Source of the DNA: Callorhinchus milii
Taxonomy: Eukaryota
Direction: 5' to 3'
DNA: 64,000 nucleotides
Assembly (NCBI RefSeq): GCF_018977255.1
Contig: NW_024704743.1
Span: 39,062,001 to 39,126,000 of the forward strand
The translations under genes and the position numbers were made by a program. Position 1 is the first letter of the stretch. The number at the start of each line of letters is the position of its first letter. Positions 25,927 to 38,645 of the stretch are shown piece by piece. The notes under the pieces were generated by a model. The model was not told the DNA's origin, did no database searches, and was given only the letters and a program-made list of their open reading frames with translations.

Positions 25927-28338
25927 TAGTGTGGGTAGAACAAGTTGATAAAATATACAGTAAAACCAAAGGATTCAGTTGTCCCTTCTTCATTTAGTTT
26001 TTAGTACTGACACATACTACAAGAACCAGAGATAAACTTGTCTCCTGAAAAATAGAAATAAACAATAAGTTGGTCTTGTTCTTGGATCAGTTTGTTTGGT
26101 CTTCGTGAATTAATTTATTCGGCAGCTTGTTTACAGGCTCCAGATGTAGTCAAGTCAGAAAAAGTTGTCCTTTAAAGCATTCCTCCCTCCCCCCTCCCTG
26201 CCCAGTGCCACAGGAAATATTTTCCAAGTCATGCAAACAGGTCAACAGAACTGCACTTCAATTATATAATATATGTAATAGATATATATTACAGCAGATC
26301 AATTCACAGCAAATTAACATCAAATTTAGATCAAACCTTTTCCTGAAAACCTTATTGTCTGTTCTACAAATAGTATCTTATTCTACAAATGGCCATAGGG
26401 ATGAAAGTAAGCTTTGTTAACACCTTTGCTCACAGGTTACTCCTTTATAATCCTTTTAATTTTGGCGCTATCTTACTGAGTTTGTTTCTGTTAGTTTGAG
26501 GTGGGAGGGGGGCAGGGAATTACAAGCTGCTGTTGAATGGATACGGTTGGAACACGTTTCAGGTATCAAACATCTATTTGTTATCTTATTAATCGATAAA
26601 AGTTCTGTTGATCGACAGAGTAATTATTTTGCATTTTTCTTTAATAGAATGCCTTCAATCAAGATTACTAACATGAAACATACTAGACTAATTTGTGTCA
26701 GCCGTTCTGCCACCCGCTTGCAAACTCCATTCCTTCACCTCCCCCCACCACATCCCTCACCTTTAAAGTGTGCCTTAAGTTATGCTCTCTCGGACACTAC
26801 TCCGCGTGAAGGGTGCAATATAAATGTATGTTGTTGTGGTTGTTGGCCTATCTCTTCTACTGAGTTTTTGGTTACTTTTCTCCCCCTCTCCCCCTTAAAC
26901 TCCTCCAATCCGAGCTCATGGAAAAAGATTCAATCTATGAAGACCAAGGCACAACATTTCTCATGGTCTTTGCCTTTAAGATTATTGTCGTAAAATTTAA
27001 AATCAGATGGTTCTCAGTGAAGTCTCTAAATGATCAAATAACAGCTTCCACAATGAAAGAATAAAAAAATTATCAAACCCCTGTGGCTTGGCCAGTTTTC
27101 TCAGTGAGCGGCTGAGCCATATAGCAACATGACAGGTTTGATCCCAGTCTGTGTTGAGTTAGCTGATCTCAGGGTTGGTATAAGAGTTTCTGCTTCTAAT
27201 TGCTATCCAGCAACCAGTGTATGGAGATGTACATGTGTAGATTCTGAATGAGAGGTTAAGGACCTCATTAAGCTTGACCGCAACGGACACATCTGCCAAC
27301 ATTCACTCTCAAAGCTCACTCATAAATAATGCCTGCTTGTGCTTGGCCGAAGTTCAGCCAAATGACAGCTGGGTTGGGAGTAAGGAGGTGAATGGGATGA
27401 GATATTGGTTGGTAGAGTTTTTTTAAAAAAAGCAAGAGTTGATGCTAAATTGTCCAGATTTGAGTACCTTGTGACAAATCCCAGTAAATCCATGCTCATC
27501 TCCATCCCTGCATGAGGCTACTAAATTCCCTAAGGCAAATTATTGGCAATCCCTCCAAACCCTCTCAGTTTCTTTATCCTTGTAACATTTCCTTTCTGAA
27601 CAAACAAGCCCCTTTCTAATGCCACTGCATCCTTTTCAAATGGATTTGTGTTAAAACCTTCCTATCACCAAGCACCTCTGCAGCATTGGAGACTTTTGAC
27701 AAACTAGAGCACAGAAACCTGATTGTTTTTATGCAATGTTTTTAATTCTGCAAGTGAAAAACAGCAATAAAAAATCACAGTCTATGTATGTGTTTGCATG
27801 AGAGGGAATTGGATGACTTGAAACTAATCCAATGGTTGAAGTTCAAATGGCCAAACTGTTACACATATGTTGCATAATGACAGGGAAAAATGTGCTGAAA
27901 ATGCTAGTCATGTAAACCACTGAAAATGGCATTTCTGTGCAAAACTAATTGGCAGGGAGGCATGGTGACTTGAGTAACTTATCCCAACATCAGAGAAGCA
28001 TGGTAACCAGATCAGATGCTGTGGGGCATGAGGGGAAGAGAAGGGGTGGGGAAGAAGAAGGCTTGATTCAAGATAATAATTAGGAAGAGCAGAAAAACAC
28101 CTCTATCACTCCAAACAGAAAATGCACTTCTACTAATGTTCTTAACATCACATGTATTGTACAACTGTAACCCAGTATCTGAAAAGTCCCAAGGCTTAAT
28201 TTGCTTTATCTGGAGAATAAAGGTTGCGAGTTAATCCTACAGGCTTTTGGGCCAGATTTATGTCCATCTCCAATTAAATGCATCAATAAAGCAAAGAGCA
28301 TTGGATGATCTATGATGCTTGAAAAATGTGAAAAACAT

Positions 28339-28659
28339 ATAATAATAATAATCCTTGCATTTGATATAGCGCTTTTCACATCTTCTAGACATCGCAAAGC
28401 GCTTCATAGAATAGATTGTAAAATTGTAAAATGAATTGACTGTATATTTGAGGGAGAAATGCAGCAGCCAATTGCGCACAGCAGTGTCCCAGAAACAATC
28501 GTGGTTTGAAATGACGAATTTATTATTGTTTTTTATCTTGAGGGATTATTATTAGGTGTGTGGAGTAAGGAAACTTGTCCAAGGTTTCACCCTGCCGGGA
28601 ATCGAACCAGGTCTCTCGCTTGCAAAGCGAATGCTCTAACCACTGAGCTACTGGACTCC
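28339..28659 (-). mobile_element. Full-length SINE, moderately diverged
   Basis: tRNA head, body and (ATT)n tail all align to the family. Confidence 0.88.
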
Positions 28660-31600
28660 TTCCTGTATGTGCTTTGTATGAAAGAAATTTCTGTACGTTT
28701 GTGACCAAGTTATATTCTTCATTCCAAAGGATCTACTTAACATCCCCNTTTTCCTGATATTGGTTTCCTTGTACTTTGTGGTGCAAATCACAGCCCCAAG
28801 GACATTGGTAGTTTCTTCAGAGAAACTAATGTTATGATTAGTTTTGAAAAAACACTGAATGTCAAAAGTAGGAGCTTGTCATGTTCAAGTTGCAGAGCTG
28901 GATTAACTTGCTTTCAATGGCTAAAATGTTGAAAAGTTATTCTAATATTAACATCTGAGACTATAACACACAGAATGTAACATCAGCTAAATGTACAGTA
29001 AATTTTGATTTAAACTAATGCACATACTTTTCTGCAAACCAATACTCTTTTTGGCCTACATTACACACTTCAAATGCTGTTTGGTTGCATAACTGTAGAG
29101 GCCTGATAAATAGAGCAAGTTATTGTCAGCAGTGAAAAACACAAATTTTCTGAAGAGAAACATAAAAGATCCACATGCTCCTAAATGAACTGACATCCCG
29201 TTTTTTTAAAAACAAGTAACTTTCAAAATTCTGTCTGTAACCTCATTTGTACCAAAGTATGAATCATTTGGGTTGCTGACATGCAGAACACTTACAGTAC
29301 AGCAAATTACTGCCTTACACAGAGGTTGCCAGCAAATAACACCACAGCACTGATGGTCAGCATAGCTTATGAACACTGTTCAGGGTACATGTTCATATCA
29401 GCAGCAATGACTGAGATATTTCATGCCACATTACCAAAAATGTGACATTTAGCTGAATTCACTCTTCATTTTCACACAAAGGGTTTTGAGAATGTGTAAT
29501 ACTATACTGTCTAGTGCACAGAGGATTTTGAGACTGTGCTGTGATGTCTAGCGCACAGAGGGTTGTGAGAATATACAGCACTGTCGACTGCACCGAGAGT
29601 TGAGTCTGTAGAGCTCTGCATATGAAGTGATAAGTCTTCTGAGTGCTATAGGTTAAAGAGAAAGGTTAATTTAGGAAATTTCAACTGATAGGACATTTAG
29701 TACAAGCTAAGTTTACTACACATCTAGAAAGTGTGTGTTTTATCCTTTTATTTTATTATTGGTAAAAGATGTGGGTGATTCCTCTGTATCACCCTTAAAT
29801 CTTGTTAATGATATTTCAAAGTGCAGCCAGGAACACTTCAAACAAAGATAGACATTTATTACCTAACTTTTAAACAGAATACCCTGAAGAATAGGCATGA
29901 TGAGCCAAACAATTTCCTTCTATGCTGAAGATTTTTGTTTCTATGAAAGGAAAACCAGACACCTTGCAGTGTTGAATGAACAGTTTCCAAACTGTTTTTG
30001 TTAGTTTTAACAGTTCACTTCATGGCTGTTTGTGGGACATTGCTGTGTGCAAATTGACTGCTGCATTTGCTTACAAAATACACAGGCACTACATTTCACG
30101 CTAAATCCTGTGAAGAACTCTGAGAAGTCCCCTCAACATGAAATTTACTATTCAAATGCAAGGATTATTAATAGGTTGTCTTCTTTTCCGTTATTTATAT
30201 AACACATGCAGTTTAATAGCACATTAATACTTTGCACTGTTTCAAATGCTTTGCATGGAATTACTGTCAAGAGTAGTGACTATGGCTATATTTGTAAGCA
30301 AACATGGCCACTATTTGTGCCAGAAAGGTCCCACAAACAGCTATGAGATGATTGTTGGCTTCGACACAGGGAAAAACTCCATTTTCTTTCTTGAGATCTT
30401 CAAAACAGGTATAAGAATGGTATAAATGAAACCTGTGCTTATACTGTACTGCTCTTCTAACCTCAGATTTAGAACTAAAATACTAGTAGGTGCTGTGATA
30501 TTTGCTGGCTATGTCAACAACCTTGTGATCAAACAGTTGGTACCAAACTATATATAAAAAAATCAGATTGCAGCCCAAATCAAAATAAAAGATATCCCAG
30601 CATATAATTAGCAGTTTATAGACATAACAACAACTTACAGTTATACAATAATAATACTTGCATTTGATATAGCGCCTTTCATGGTGGGAGGATGTCTCAA
30701 AACATTTCACAGGATTACTATAAAGTGTAGTGACTGTGTATTCGGAGCACTTCACAAAGATGGGTGAACGTGACTGATACACAGACGCCAAATACTAGAC
30801 TAGAGATAATAATATAATAATAATAATCCTTGCATTTGATATAGCGTCCTATCACTTCGTGGAGACGTCTCAAGCTATTACCGTAGAGTGAAATGACTGT
30901 AAATTTTGTAAAGATACACAGACTAGGTCAAAGCATCTGGAAAGATGCCACTCCATACTTTCAAAATACATGAAAAGAAATCCAGCATTCATTACTGTTG
31001 TGCAATATACTTCCTTCTTATCTGAATGCTGACTTTATACTGTGCTGCTCATAATCTGTCCAAAACACAACATACATTCTAGCAAACACACTTTTACACC
31101 ACTGAATATAATTTCAACTTTCTAATGTCACACTCTTACATATTTTGCGCAGGGATCTGATAAAGTACTTTTTAAGTCAATGAGTAGGACATTATTGTCA
31201 CATCAATAGCGGTCTGTTTTCAGTATCTACACACAAAACCCATGCTTACCAATTTGCAAGAGGGAGTGCAATAGGTTATATTTATAATTGAAGAATGGTT
31301 GTCAAAGCCTTTAAGTCAGTCAGTCTGGATTACTGTAAGACTATATGCTTGTTATTGTGATCCATTTGTACTTGGGAAAACTTTTTTTTTTACATATTTT
31401 TAGTCATTTTGTTTTTTGTACCAAGCATCAGGCTATTTATAGTACCTTCCCTATGACCTATGGTTGAAAGTAATATGCATGAATGTAATACGATGTCTGC
31501 ATTCCAATGTTGTCTGAATTGATGGATCTACATGGATGGAAGTTGGCTGTAACTGTTAATAATGCTGTTGACTTCAAGAATGGAAGTCTTATATGTTTTT

Positions 31601-31841
31601 CAGTCTTGCTGGTCAAACTGAAAGAAAAACCCAAAATATGACTGCATGTTCATTATGGCCACTGAGAGGTCTGACATTCTATTTGCTCTAAGGCTACAAG
31701 GGTGCATTGTCTTAATAGGTAAGATTGTGAAGAAATTGTGGACATTTTCTAAATTCGCTCTTAACTTAGAAGTTGCTTATTATTTCTGCCATCCGAAACT
31801 CCGCCTGAAGGCCACTATGTAATTGTTAGTTTTGTTCTTGT

Positions 31842-31921
31842 AAACCAGCTTTAACATTAAGACAGAATTAAAATAAAAAACTGTGTAAAACCAGCTTTAA
31901 CATTAAGACAGAATTAAAATA
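31842..31921. repeat. 34-bp direct duplication, period 46
   Basis: aaaccagctttaacattaagacagaattaaaata at 31842-31875 and 31888-31921. Confidence 0.93.
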
Positions 31922-32769
31922 TGTTCCACACTTCTTTGTGACCAGACAAAATTACCTTTTGGGCAAATAAAACTAGAGTTCAAATTTCACACTTGGATTT
32001 TTCAATCCACGAAATGAAAATATTTTCCGCGGTGTTGGTTGAAATTCATTAATTCCTTCCTTTGTTGACCCACATGGGTTCTCACTGAACTTTTAATGGA
32101 GAAAATAAATGGTTAAAAAGCCTGTTTGTTTTGATCAAGATATTTAATGATTCCAAAGAGGAAGCTCAGATTTCGGACTCACTCAAGTTAGTCTCTATTC
32201 ATGTAATTAGTCAATCCGTGAAACATTGCAATGCAATGCTACAGGCTTATTTTCTTGAAGGAAACCTTCTGTCTTCAAACAATTCATAGCTTGTTTATAC
32301 TGAAACGCAGAGCTGTAATCTGAGCTCGGGGTTTGAACTGACCTCGGCTGGATCATGTTTCCACATCTACCCTCAGAAACATGGATGAGATGTCACTCCC
32401 CATCTGGGGGCCAGTCACCTAATTAGATATAGGATTCTTCTTTCTTCTCTTCCCCACCCCCTTCCAAACTTTCAAGAAGCACATTTTTGTCAGGGCCTTA
32501 ACCTGGAGTATATTTCTGGAATTTCCAGTTGTAGGCAGGATGGATGGAACTCTCAATTTGGTTTGGATACTCTTAACTATGGTGATGGGTTTCTGCATAT
32601 GTCCGACATATGGCTGACCAAAACATCACCTGTAATATCCTTGTACTAGCGCTTTGAGATGTCTTAAAAGATGTGAAAGCTGCTTCATCAAATGCAAGGA
32701 TTATTATTGTATGTGCAGTACTATGTTTGTAATAAGGTTTCACTGGAGACCTACAGATCTCACAAGTCT

Positions 32770-33188
32770 GATCCAAGCCTGGCTACCACTCCAGATCGAC
32801 TTCAAGATCCTCACACTCAGGTTCAAATCCCTTCACCTCTGGCACCTCCCTACCTCTCTGACCTCCGTACTCCCCAATCCACCACTCTGAGTCTCCGCTC
32901 GACTGGCACCAGCTTCCTGCTCGTCCTTGGCACCCTCCGCCCCACCATCGTAGGTTGCGCTTTCAGCCACTACGCCCTAAAAGTCTGGAACACTCTCCCT
33001 CAATCCCTCCGCCTTGCCACCTCTCTCCCCTTTTTCAAGTTCCACCTGAAAACCTTCCTCTTCAATCGGGCTTACGGCACCTCCCCACCCCCCCAGCCCA
33101 GAGTCAGGCTCCGCCACTGTTAAGCACTCTGAGACACTACCGTGCGTGGAGGGCGCTATATAAGTGCAAGTTGTTGTTGGTGTTGTTG
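32770..33188 (+). mobile_element. 5'-truncated L2, same subfamily as 17645-18070
   Basis: Encodes LAPPYLSDL..AFSHYALKVWNTLPQSLRLA..FKFHLKTFLFNRAY; (TTG)n tail. Confidence 0.88.
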
Positions 33189-35064
33189 ATAACTTTTGAC
33201 CTATTTTCATTGTACTTTCTTTGAGATAATATCAAATGCTAATTAATTTTCCGCTGTTGTGTATGAGCCTCGATAGCGATTGTAGGCAAATTATTTGACT
33301 GCAGGGGGCATCACAGCTGCTCTCACCTGGCATACTGCCCTGTTGTAATCAGATGTCCAAACACATGTACCTTCCAGCATGCTTACAAGATAGAGATCAC
33401 AAGGGGAAGGAGGGGGTGGGGAGCGGCCCTGACTGATCTTCCCTTCCCCTAACCCAGTTGAGCTCAATTAAGTCAACCTAGGGATTCACGCCATCAACCC
33501 TCTGGTCAGTATGGCTAAGTGCTGCCTGTATCCACTAGGCTAGGAGAAGAGTATTATTCTTGAGTCAAATGGAGCAGAAACCCAGCAATGAAGAATTGAA
33601 AGTTTGAATCTCTGTGTTGAGTTAGCTTATCTAAGACAGGAAGTGACTGAGGTACTACAATTGGATTTGGGATCCTTTAGATTAGGCGAGGGGAAAATCA
33701 GACAGGATCCAAATGTGATATCTATCACATACCATAGGCCAGAAGAAGACACCAAGCTCCGGCCTCAAAGGTGAATTTGGAGAAGTCAGGCGCTCGTGAT
33801 TTCCTGTAGACTTTGACTACTGATCAGCAGATACCAACTGTTGGGGTTTGTTTACAAAAATGCTGGTGTCCCACTAACTGGCATTGAAAGGCCACAATCC
33901 AGAAATACAACACCGTGGATTGGGGGTGGGGGCAGGAGGAATGGCCTGAAGATTCCACTTGGAATCTTCCATCCATTTTCACCTTGTGGTCACATTACTA
34001 ATTACCTTTTGTGATTTTATAAAACGTCCTCCACATGTACTCAGCTTATTTGCGCTTGTTACTGCACTTTATCACATCACATTGTTGAAACATTTCGAAG
34101 CGCTTCACAGGATTTTATTGTGAAGTGTGGTGATTGTGTATTTGTAGGCAAAGACATTTGTGGGTAGCCTCTTTCATGGGTTAGACACCACAGCACACCC
34201 TGAGACAATTTAAATACAAGTCTTTACATAAATATAGACATTTCTGACACTAAATTTGACTAACCCAAAAGATCTGGGTGGAGGAATTGTTCCTGCCAGT
34301 AGTGCACTCTGTCAGGGCTTTCCTAACCAGAGGCCTGAAAATCCTCCTCGTGTTACCCTGTAGACTGGGGGAGAAATTATACCTGGGTCTAGATTTATTC
34401 TATTTATTGAAAACGATGAAAAGTTGTGCAAGTTTTACTAACCCGGTTATTAATCCGATTGCCTACTTCATCAAGTTTTGTTCCAATCTGTTCCTCATAA
34501 ATGAACCATATAATGAGATGAAAACTGAGATCAATGATCCTATTTGGCCTGGGCTTATTACCACCATCTCCTGCTGGGTTCAGCCTTTGAACTGCTATAG
34601 GATCTACAAGACTCCAGTTCTTGTACCAAAGTAGCCATCAAGACCCTACTGAGAACGGAGTGTAATGTGAAGCTATTACAATGCTTTTCTTTCAAGAGTA
34701 TTTTGTGCGCAGCTTTGTACCCTTGTTTGCACCAACAAAGAAGTAGTGCTTAAAGGAACAGTTGTGTCAGTGTGAAATCAAAACCTGCAGGACTGCAGAC
34801 AGTTGCAGAGAGGGGGTGGGGAAAATACAGCTGTGCGCAACATTTACCACAAACTGGAATCTGGATCCAAAGCATTTCTATCAGGCCAGGTGGCATAGTT
34901 GAGAAGAATCAGGCTTATGCTGAGCCCTAAGAAGCAATTCTCAGATCATTGGTAAAACTAGTTACTGACATTGGTGGGGAAATCACGTCTGATTCTCTGC
35001 TGGTTGGTACATTTGCAGAGCTTGCATCATGAGCTTATACACTGCATTCACATTAATTATATGA

Positions 35065-35500
35065 CTAGTGGGTGTCAGCCTGGCTCAGTTGGTCACTCTT
35101 ACCTCTGAATCAGAAGGTTGTGGACTCAAGCCCCGCATTGGGAATTTGGAGCTTACAGTCTAGATTGACATTGAGGTGTAGTGCTAAGTGTGCGCTGCAT
35201 TGTTGGAGGTGCCGTCATTTGCATGAGAGTTAAACCAAGGTCCTCTTTAGATGTTAAAGATATCCATGACATGATTCGAAAAGAGAAGGGAGTTTCTCTC
35301 AGTGTCTCAGTCAATAATCCCCCTGATAAAATGGGCCATTCATTTCATGGCTGCTTGTTGGGACATTGTTATCAGTTTTGCCTCCAAAAATATACAGTAA
35401 TTACACTTTACAGTAAACATGTGAAGGATTTTGAGATATCCTCTATATGTGAAATATATAGATGTCAAAAACAAGGATTTAAAAAATATAATTATTACTA
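35065..35500 (+). mobile_element. Ancient Deu-domain SINE (AmnSINE1/SacSINE1-like)
   Basis: tRNA-like head tggctcagttgg, then gctgcattgttggaggtgccgtc..ttaaacc..gttaaaga..gaagggagtttctc, as recalled for the Deu domain. Confidence 0.72.
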
Positions 35501-37189
35501 AAATGGATGCCTACTGATATCATTTCGTATAAAACTATTTTAAAAAGGAGTATGCTTTTGGAAACACATGATAGTCCTTCGAGAATCCATCCAATTAAGT
35601 AGCTGCAAAGGGTACAGAATCCCTTATGAGAAGTGACTTTATTAGTGAGACTACATATGGAGATGGAATATGGAAGTGAAGGTACATCTCTTAATATAAA
35701 AGTAAGTTAAGGTGAAACTGCAAACTGCAGAAAGGATGTTGTGTAATTCTTTTAATATTCTTCTCTTCCCCGTGGCTGACATCATTCCCATCAAGACACA
35801 GGCAGATGAACTTCTCCCAAACCTCTGCTGTGCTGTTTTGTCACCATGTTACAAGTCTAGGTAAATGGGTAGTGAAACTGAACGTTGGTTCAATACTCAA
35901 TAATTTTACATTAGAAGAACCAATGCAGTGAAGATCAATTATCATTCAACTGTCATTTTCCTTTAGAATAAATAATAATAATAATCCTTACATTTATTAT
36001 ACAGCCTTTCATATCAGGATGTAATCTCAAAGCGCTTCACAGGATACACTGTAAATTGAAGTTACTGTGTGTTGCCCATAAAGCCAGAGCAGGAAAAGAG
36101 GAAGAAGCTCTGAATTCAGAGACCATAAAAATGTTGGTAAATACAGACACAGTGCACAAGTGACTCCATTCATACTGAAATGTTCTCCACCTAAAGATCA
36201 ACTGTGCTTCATGTGTTCTGCAGCTTTCATCAACTGTGTGTAAAACTGAAACCAAGTTTATCTTCATCTAAAACCAGAAACAGACTTCATTAGGGAATAA
36301 TTTGTGTTTCCAAGAGCATGGACAGCTACAGGATGTGGATTTTAAATAAGCATGGATCAAAGCTGACATCAAACAGAGTTTTACACAAGTTACACCGACA
36401 TATACAGAAACCCTGGAAAGGTCGAGGAAAGCATTTAATTCAAAACCGGATAAAAAAAGAAAAATATAACTACTGGTCATTTATTTTTTTGAAAGAAAAC
36501 ATCCATCTAGCCATCTGGGTTTCTATTTACCTACTTTAATGTTTCTACTGATTAGACAGAGTGGTGTATCAGACGCTTCTAGTCTTAAGGGCAAATGGAA
36601 GTTTTCTTATGGTATAATACTTTTACTTAATCCATACAAGTCGTTCTATGACACTTTGCAAACTGCCTCAAGTTGTTGCAAGGTCACTCTATATGTTTCT
36701 TAACAGAAGATATGAGATACACAATAACTGCTCTCATCCAATTACAGATGTACAGGAAATTTTAAAATTCCTTTTAAAAAAACTCGATGGTTGTATATTA
36801 AACAACTGGTGTATATTGGGTCTTTGTACATATTAAATCTACCGTGCAGCTGACTTGAAACTATTGTATCAGGGCTCAACATTAGCAAGCTTCTTTAGCT
36901 AAATACCTTCCATACCTGCTCATTTGTATGGTAGAACGTTTGAACTTGCTCTAACAGTTTTTTATGCCTTCCTTATACTGCTGGAAGTAAAGATTTATCA
37001 CTTCCAGCCTAGGCAAACAATTTATGATTCCTACTTTACATTGCATTGGTTGGAGGGATTATATTAAGTTCAGTATTATTAACGACCCAGTCACTCTTTA
37101 ACAAACTAAAAAAAATTAAAATGTTCTTGGTCAGTCACGGATGGCAAAATAAATGTCCGAGAAGATTCTTGTCATTACAGTATTAAAAT

Positions 37190-37365
37190 AATAATAATAA
37201 TTTGGTCACTCAATCCACGACTGTTTGTGGGACACTGCTGTGTGCAATTGGTTGCACATTTTGCCCAGAAAATACAGTCAATTAACTTTACAGTATATTC
37301 TGTGAAGCACTTTGAGATGTCTCAATGATAATGATAAGGCTCTATATCAAATGCAAGGATTATTG
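37190..37365 (+). mobile_element. 3' half of an older SINE
   Basis: Same body and tail motifs as 4345-4557. Confidence 0.8.
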
Positions 37366-37429
37366 TTGTAGTATTAGGAAGCAGAGCTGGTAGCAATTTG
37401 CAGTGTTTTTCTTTCTCTGCAGCAGGTGC

Positions 37430-37620
37430 ATCAACTTGGCTCAGTTGGAAGCACTCTTGACTGGGGCAAAAGGTTTTGGGTTCAGGTACTGTGTCAGACT
37501 CAAAATTCAAGTGCAGTGCCAGCATGACATTGTCAGAAGTGCCATCCTTTGAAAGAGACATTAAACTGAAGGTGGATGTTAAAACCCCGTGAATAGAGAA
37601 GGGAGTTTCTCCTGATGTCC
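37430..37620 (+). mobile_element. Ancient Deu-domain SINE, 5' part (continues at 38646)
   Basis: Head ttggctcagttgg and the Deu motifs up to gggagtttctcctgatgtcc, where it is interrupted. Confidence 0.72.
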
Positions 37621-37942
37621 TAATAATAATAACAATAATCCTTGCATTTGATATAGCGCTTTTCACGTCGGGAGGACGTCCCAAAGCGCTTCACAGAACA
37701 CACTGTAAAGTGAATTGACTGCATATTTGTGGGCGAACGCGGCAGCTAATTGCGCACAGCAATGTCCCACAAACAGTCGTAGATTGAAAATGCCCAATTT
37801 ATTATTGTTTTTGGTTTTGGAGGGATTATTATCAGGCTTGTGGAGTAAGGAAACTTGCTCAAGGTTTCGTCCTGCCTGGAATTAAACTCAGGTCTCTCGC
37901 TTGCAAAGCGAGTGCTCTTACCACTGAGCTACAGGACTCCAC
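37621..37942 (-). mobile_element. Full-length young tRNA-derived SINE with L2-type 3' tail and (ATT)n end
   Basis: Head gtggagtcctgtagctcagtgg.. with pol III A/B boxes. Near-identical to the copies at 25610, 40465 and 50086. Confidence 0.92.
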
Positions 37943-37949
37943 GACTCAA

Positions 37950-38645
37950 TTACAAGATGTAATTGTACTTTTGTTTTACAGACCCCCCCACACCATTCTT
38001 CTCATAGTATTTGAAGATGTTCTTCAAATTTTCCAGGTCTTCAATCTGGGCATCAAATTCTTGCAGAAAAGTAGATATGAACATTTCTGAGGTCACACTC
38101 TGCAGAGTCTCCTGAAGAAGTGGAATCTTCACTGACAGTACTGTAAGCAGCACAATAGTGATTAGGGTCCATTGGGAGGGTCGGTGAAGGATATTTGTGT
38201 TTGTTAGCCTGAATGTTTTTACACTGTTTAGCACAGGAGAAATGTCACACATTGTAGGTCGAAGAGGCCCTACAATGTATGTCAGGTAAGGCTTTTTTAA
38301 GTTTTTCCACAACAATTCGTCTTCTGATCTGGTGCTGGGCATTGGAATCCACCGATGGAAGAACCGGGTTACCTTTTCTGTGTTTATAATTTATTGATTC
38401 GAAATGTTTTTCAGTATTGCCATCAATGCCTTCAGATAAAACATACCGCCCCTTATAAAATTCTCTGATTTTCAGGTGAAGGCATTCAGATTCCGGCTTC
38501 AGTCGTTCTATATCTGGGAGTGGTCCAACATTAGTCGCTGACCCTTGGGATAGAGGACATTGTCTCAAACTATTATCATTTCTGGAATTCTGATTAGGAT
38601 CTCCAATTTCAATGGCCTCCAGATTGTCCAAGTCATCTTGGACAA
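37950..38645 (-). pseudogene. RPAP2: Processed (intronless, 5'-truncated) pseudogene of RPAP2 (RNA polymerase II-associated protein 2 / Rtr1 homologue), C-terminal ~230 codons
   Basis: ORF 38245..38631 gives PLPDIERLKPESECLHLKIREFYKGRYVL...VDSNAQHQIRRRIVVEKLKKALPD. ORF 37950..38342 gives IVGPL...TFRLTNTNILHRPSQWTLITIVLLTVL...EDLENLKNIF. These match the recalled human RPAP2 C-terminus ([29 protein letters not shown]...[24 protein letters not shown]...[27 protein letters not shown]...EDLESLTIIF). The two frames are joined by a 4-bp duplication ATGTATGT at 38275-38282. Confidence 0.88.

Noticed and set aside
28748..28748. Single N base
   Set aside because: Assembly ambiguity, not biology.
37950..38631. 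Endogenous viral ORFs or a programmed frameshift gene
   Set aside because: Better explained by RPAP2 similarity across both frames and a simple 4-bp duplication.
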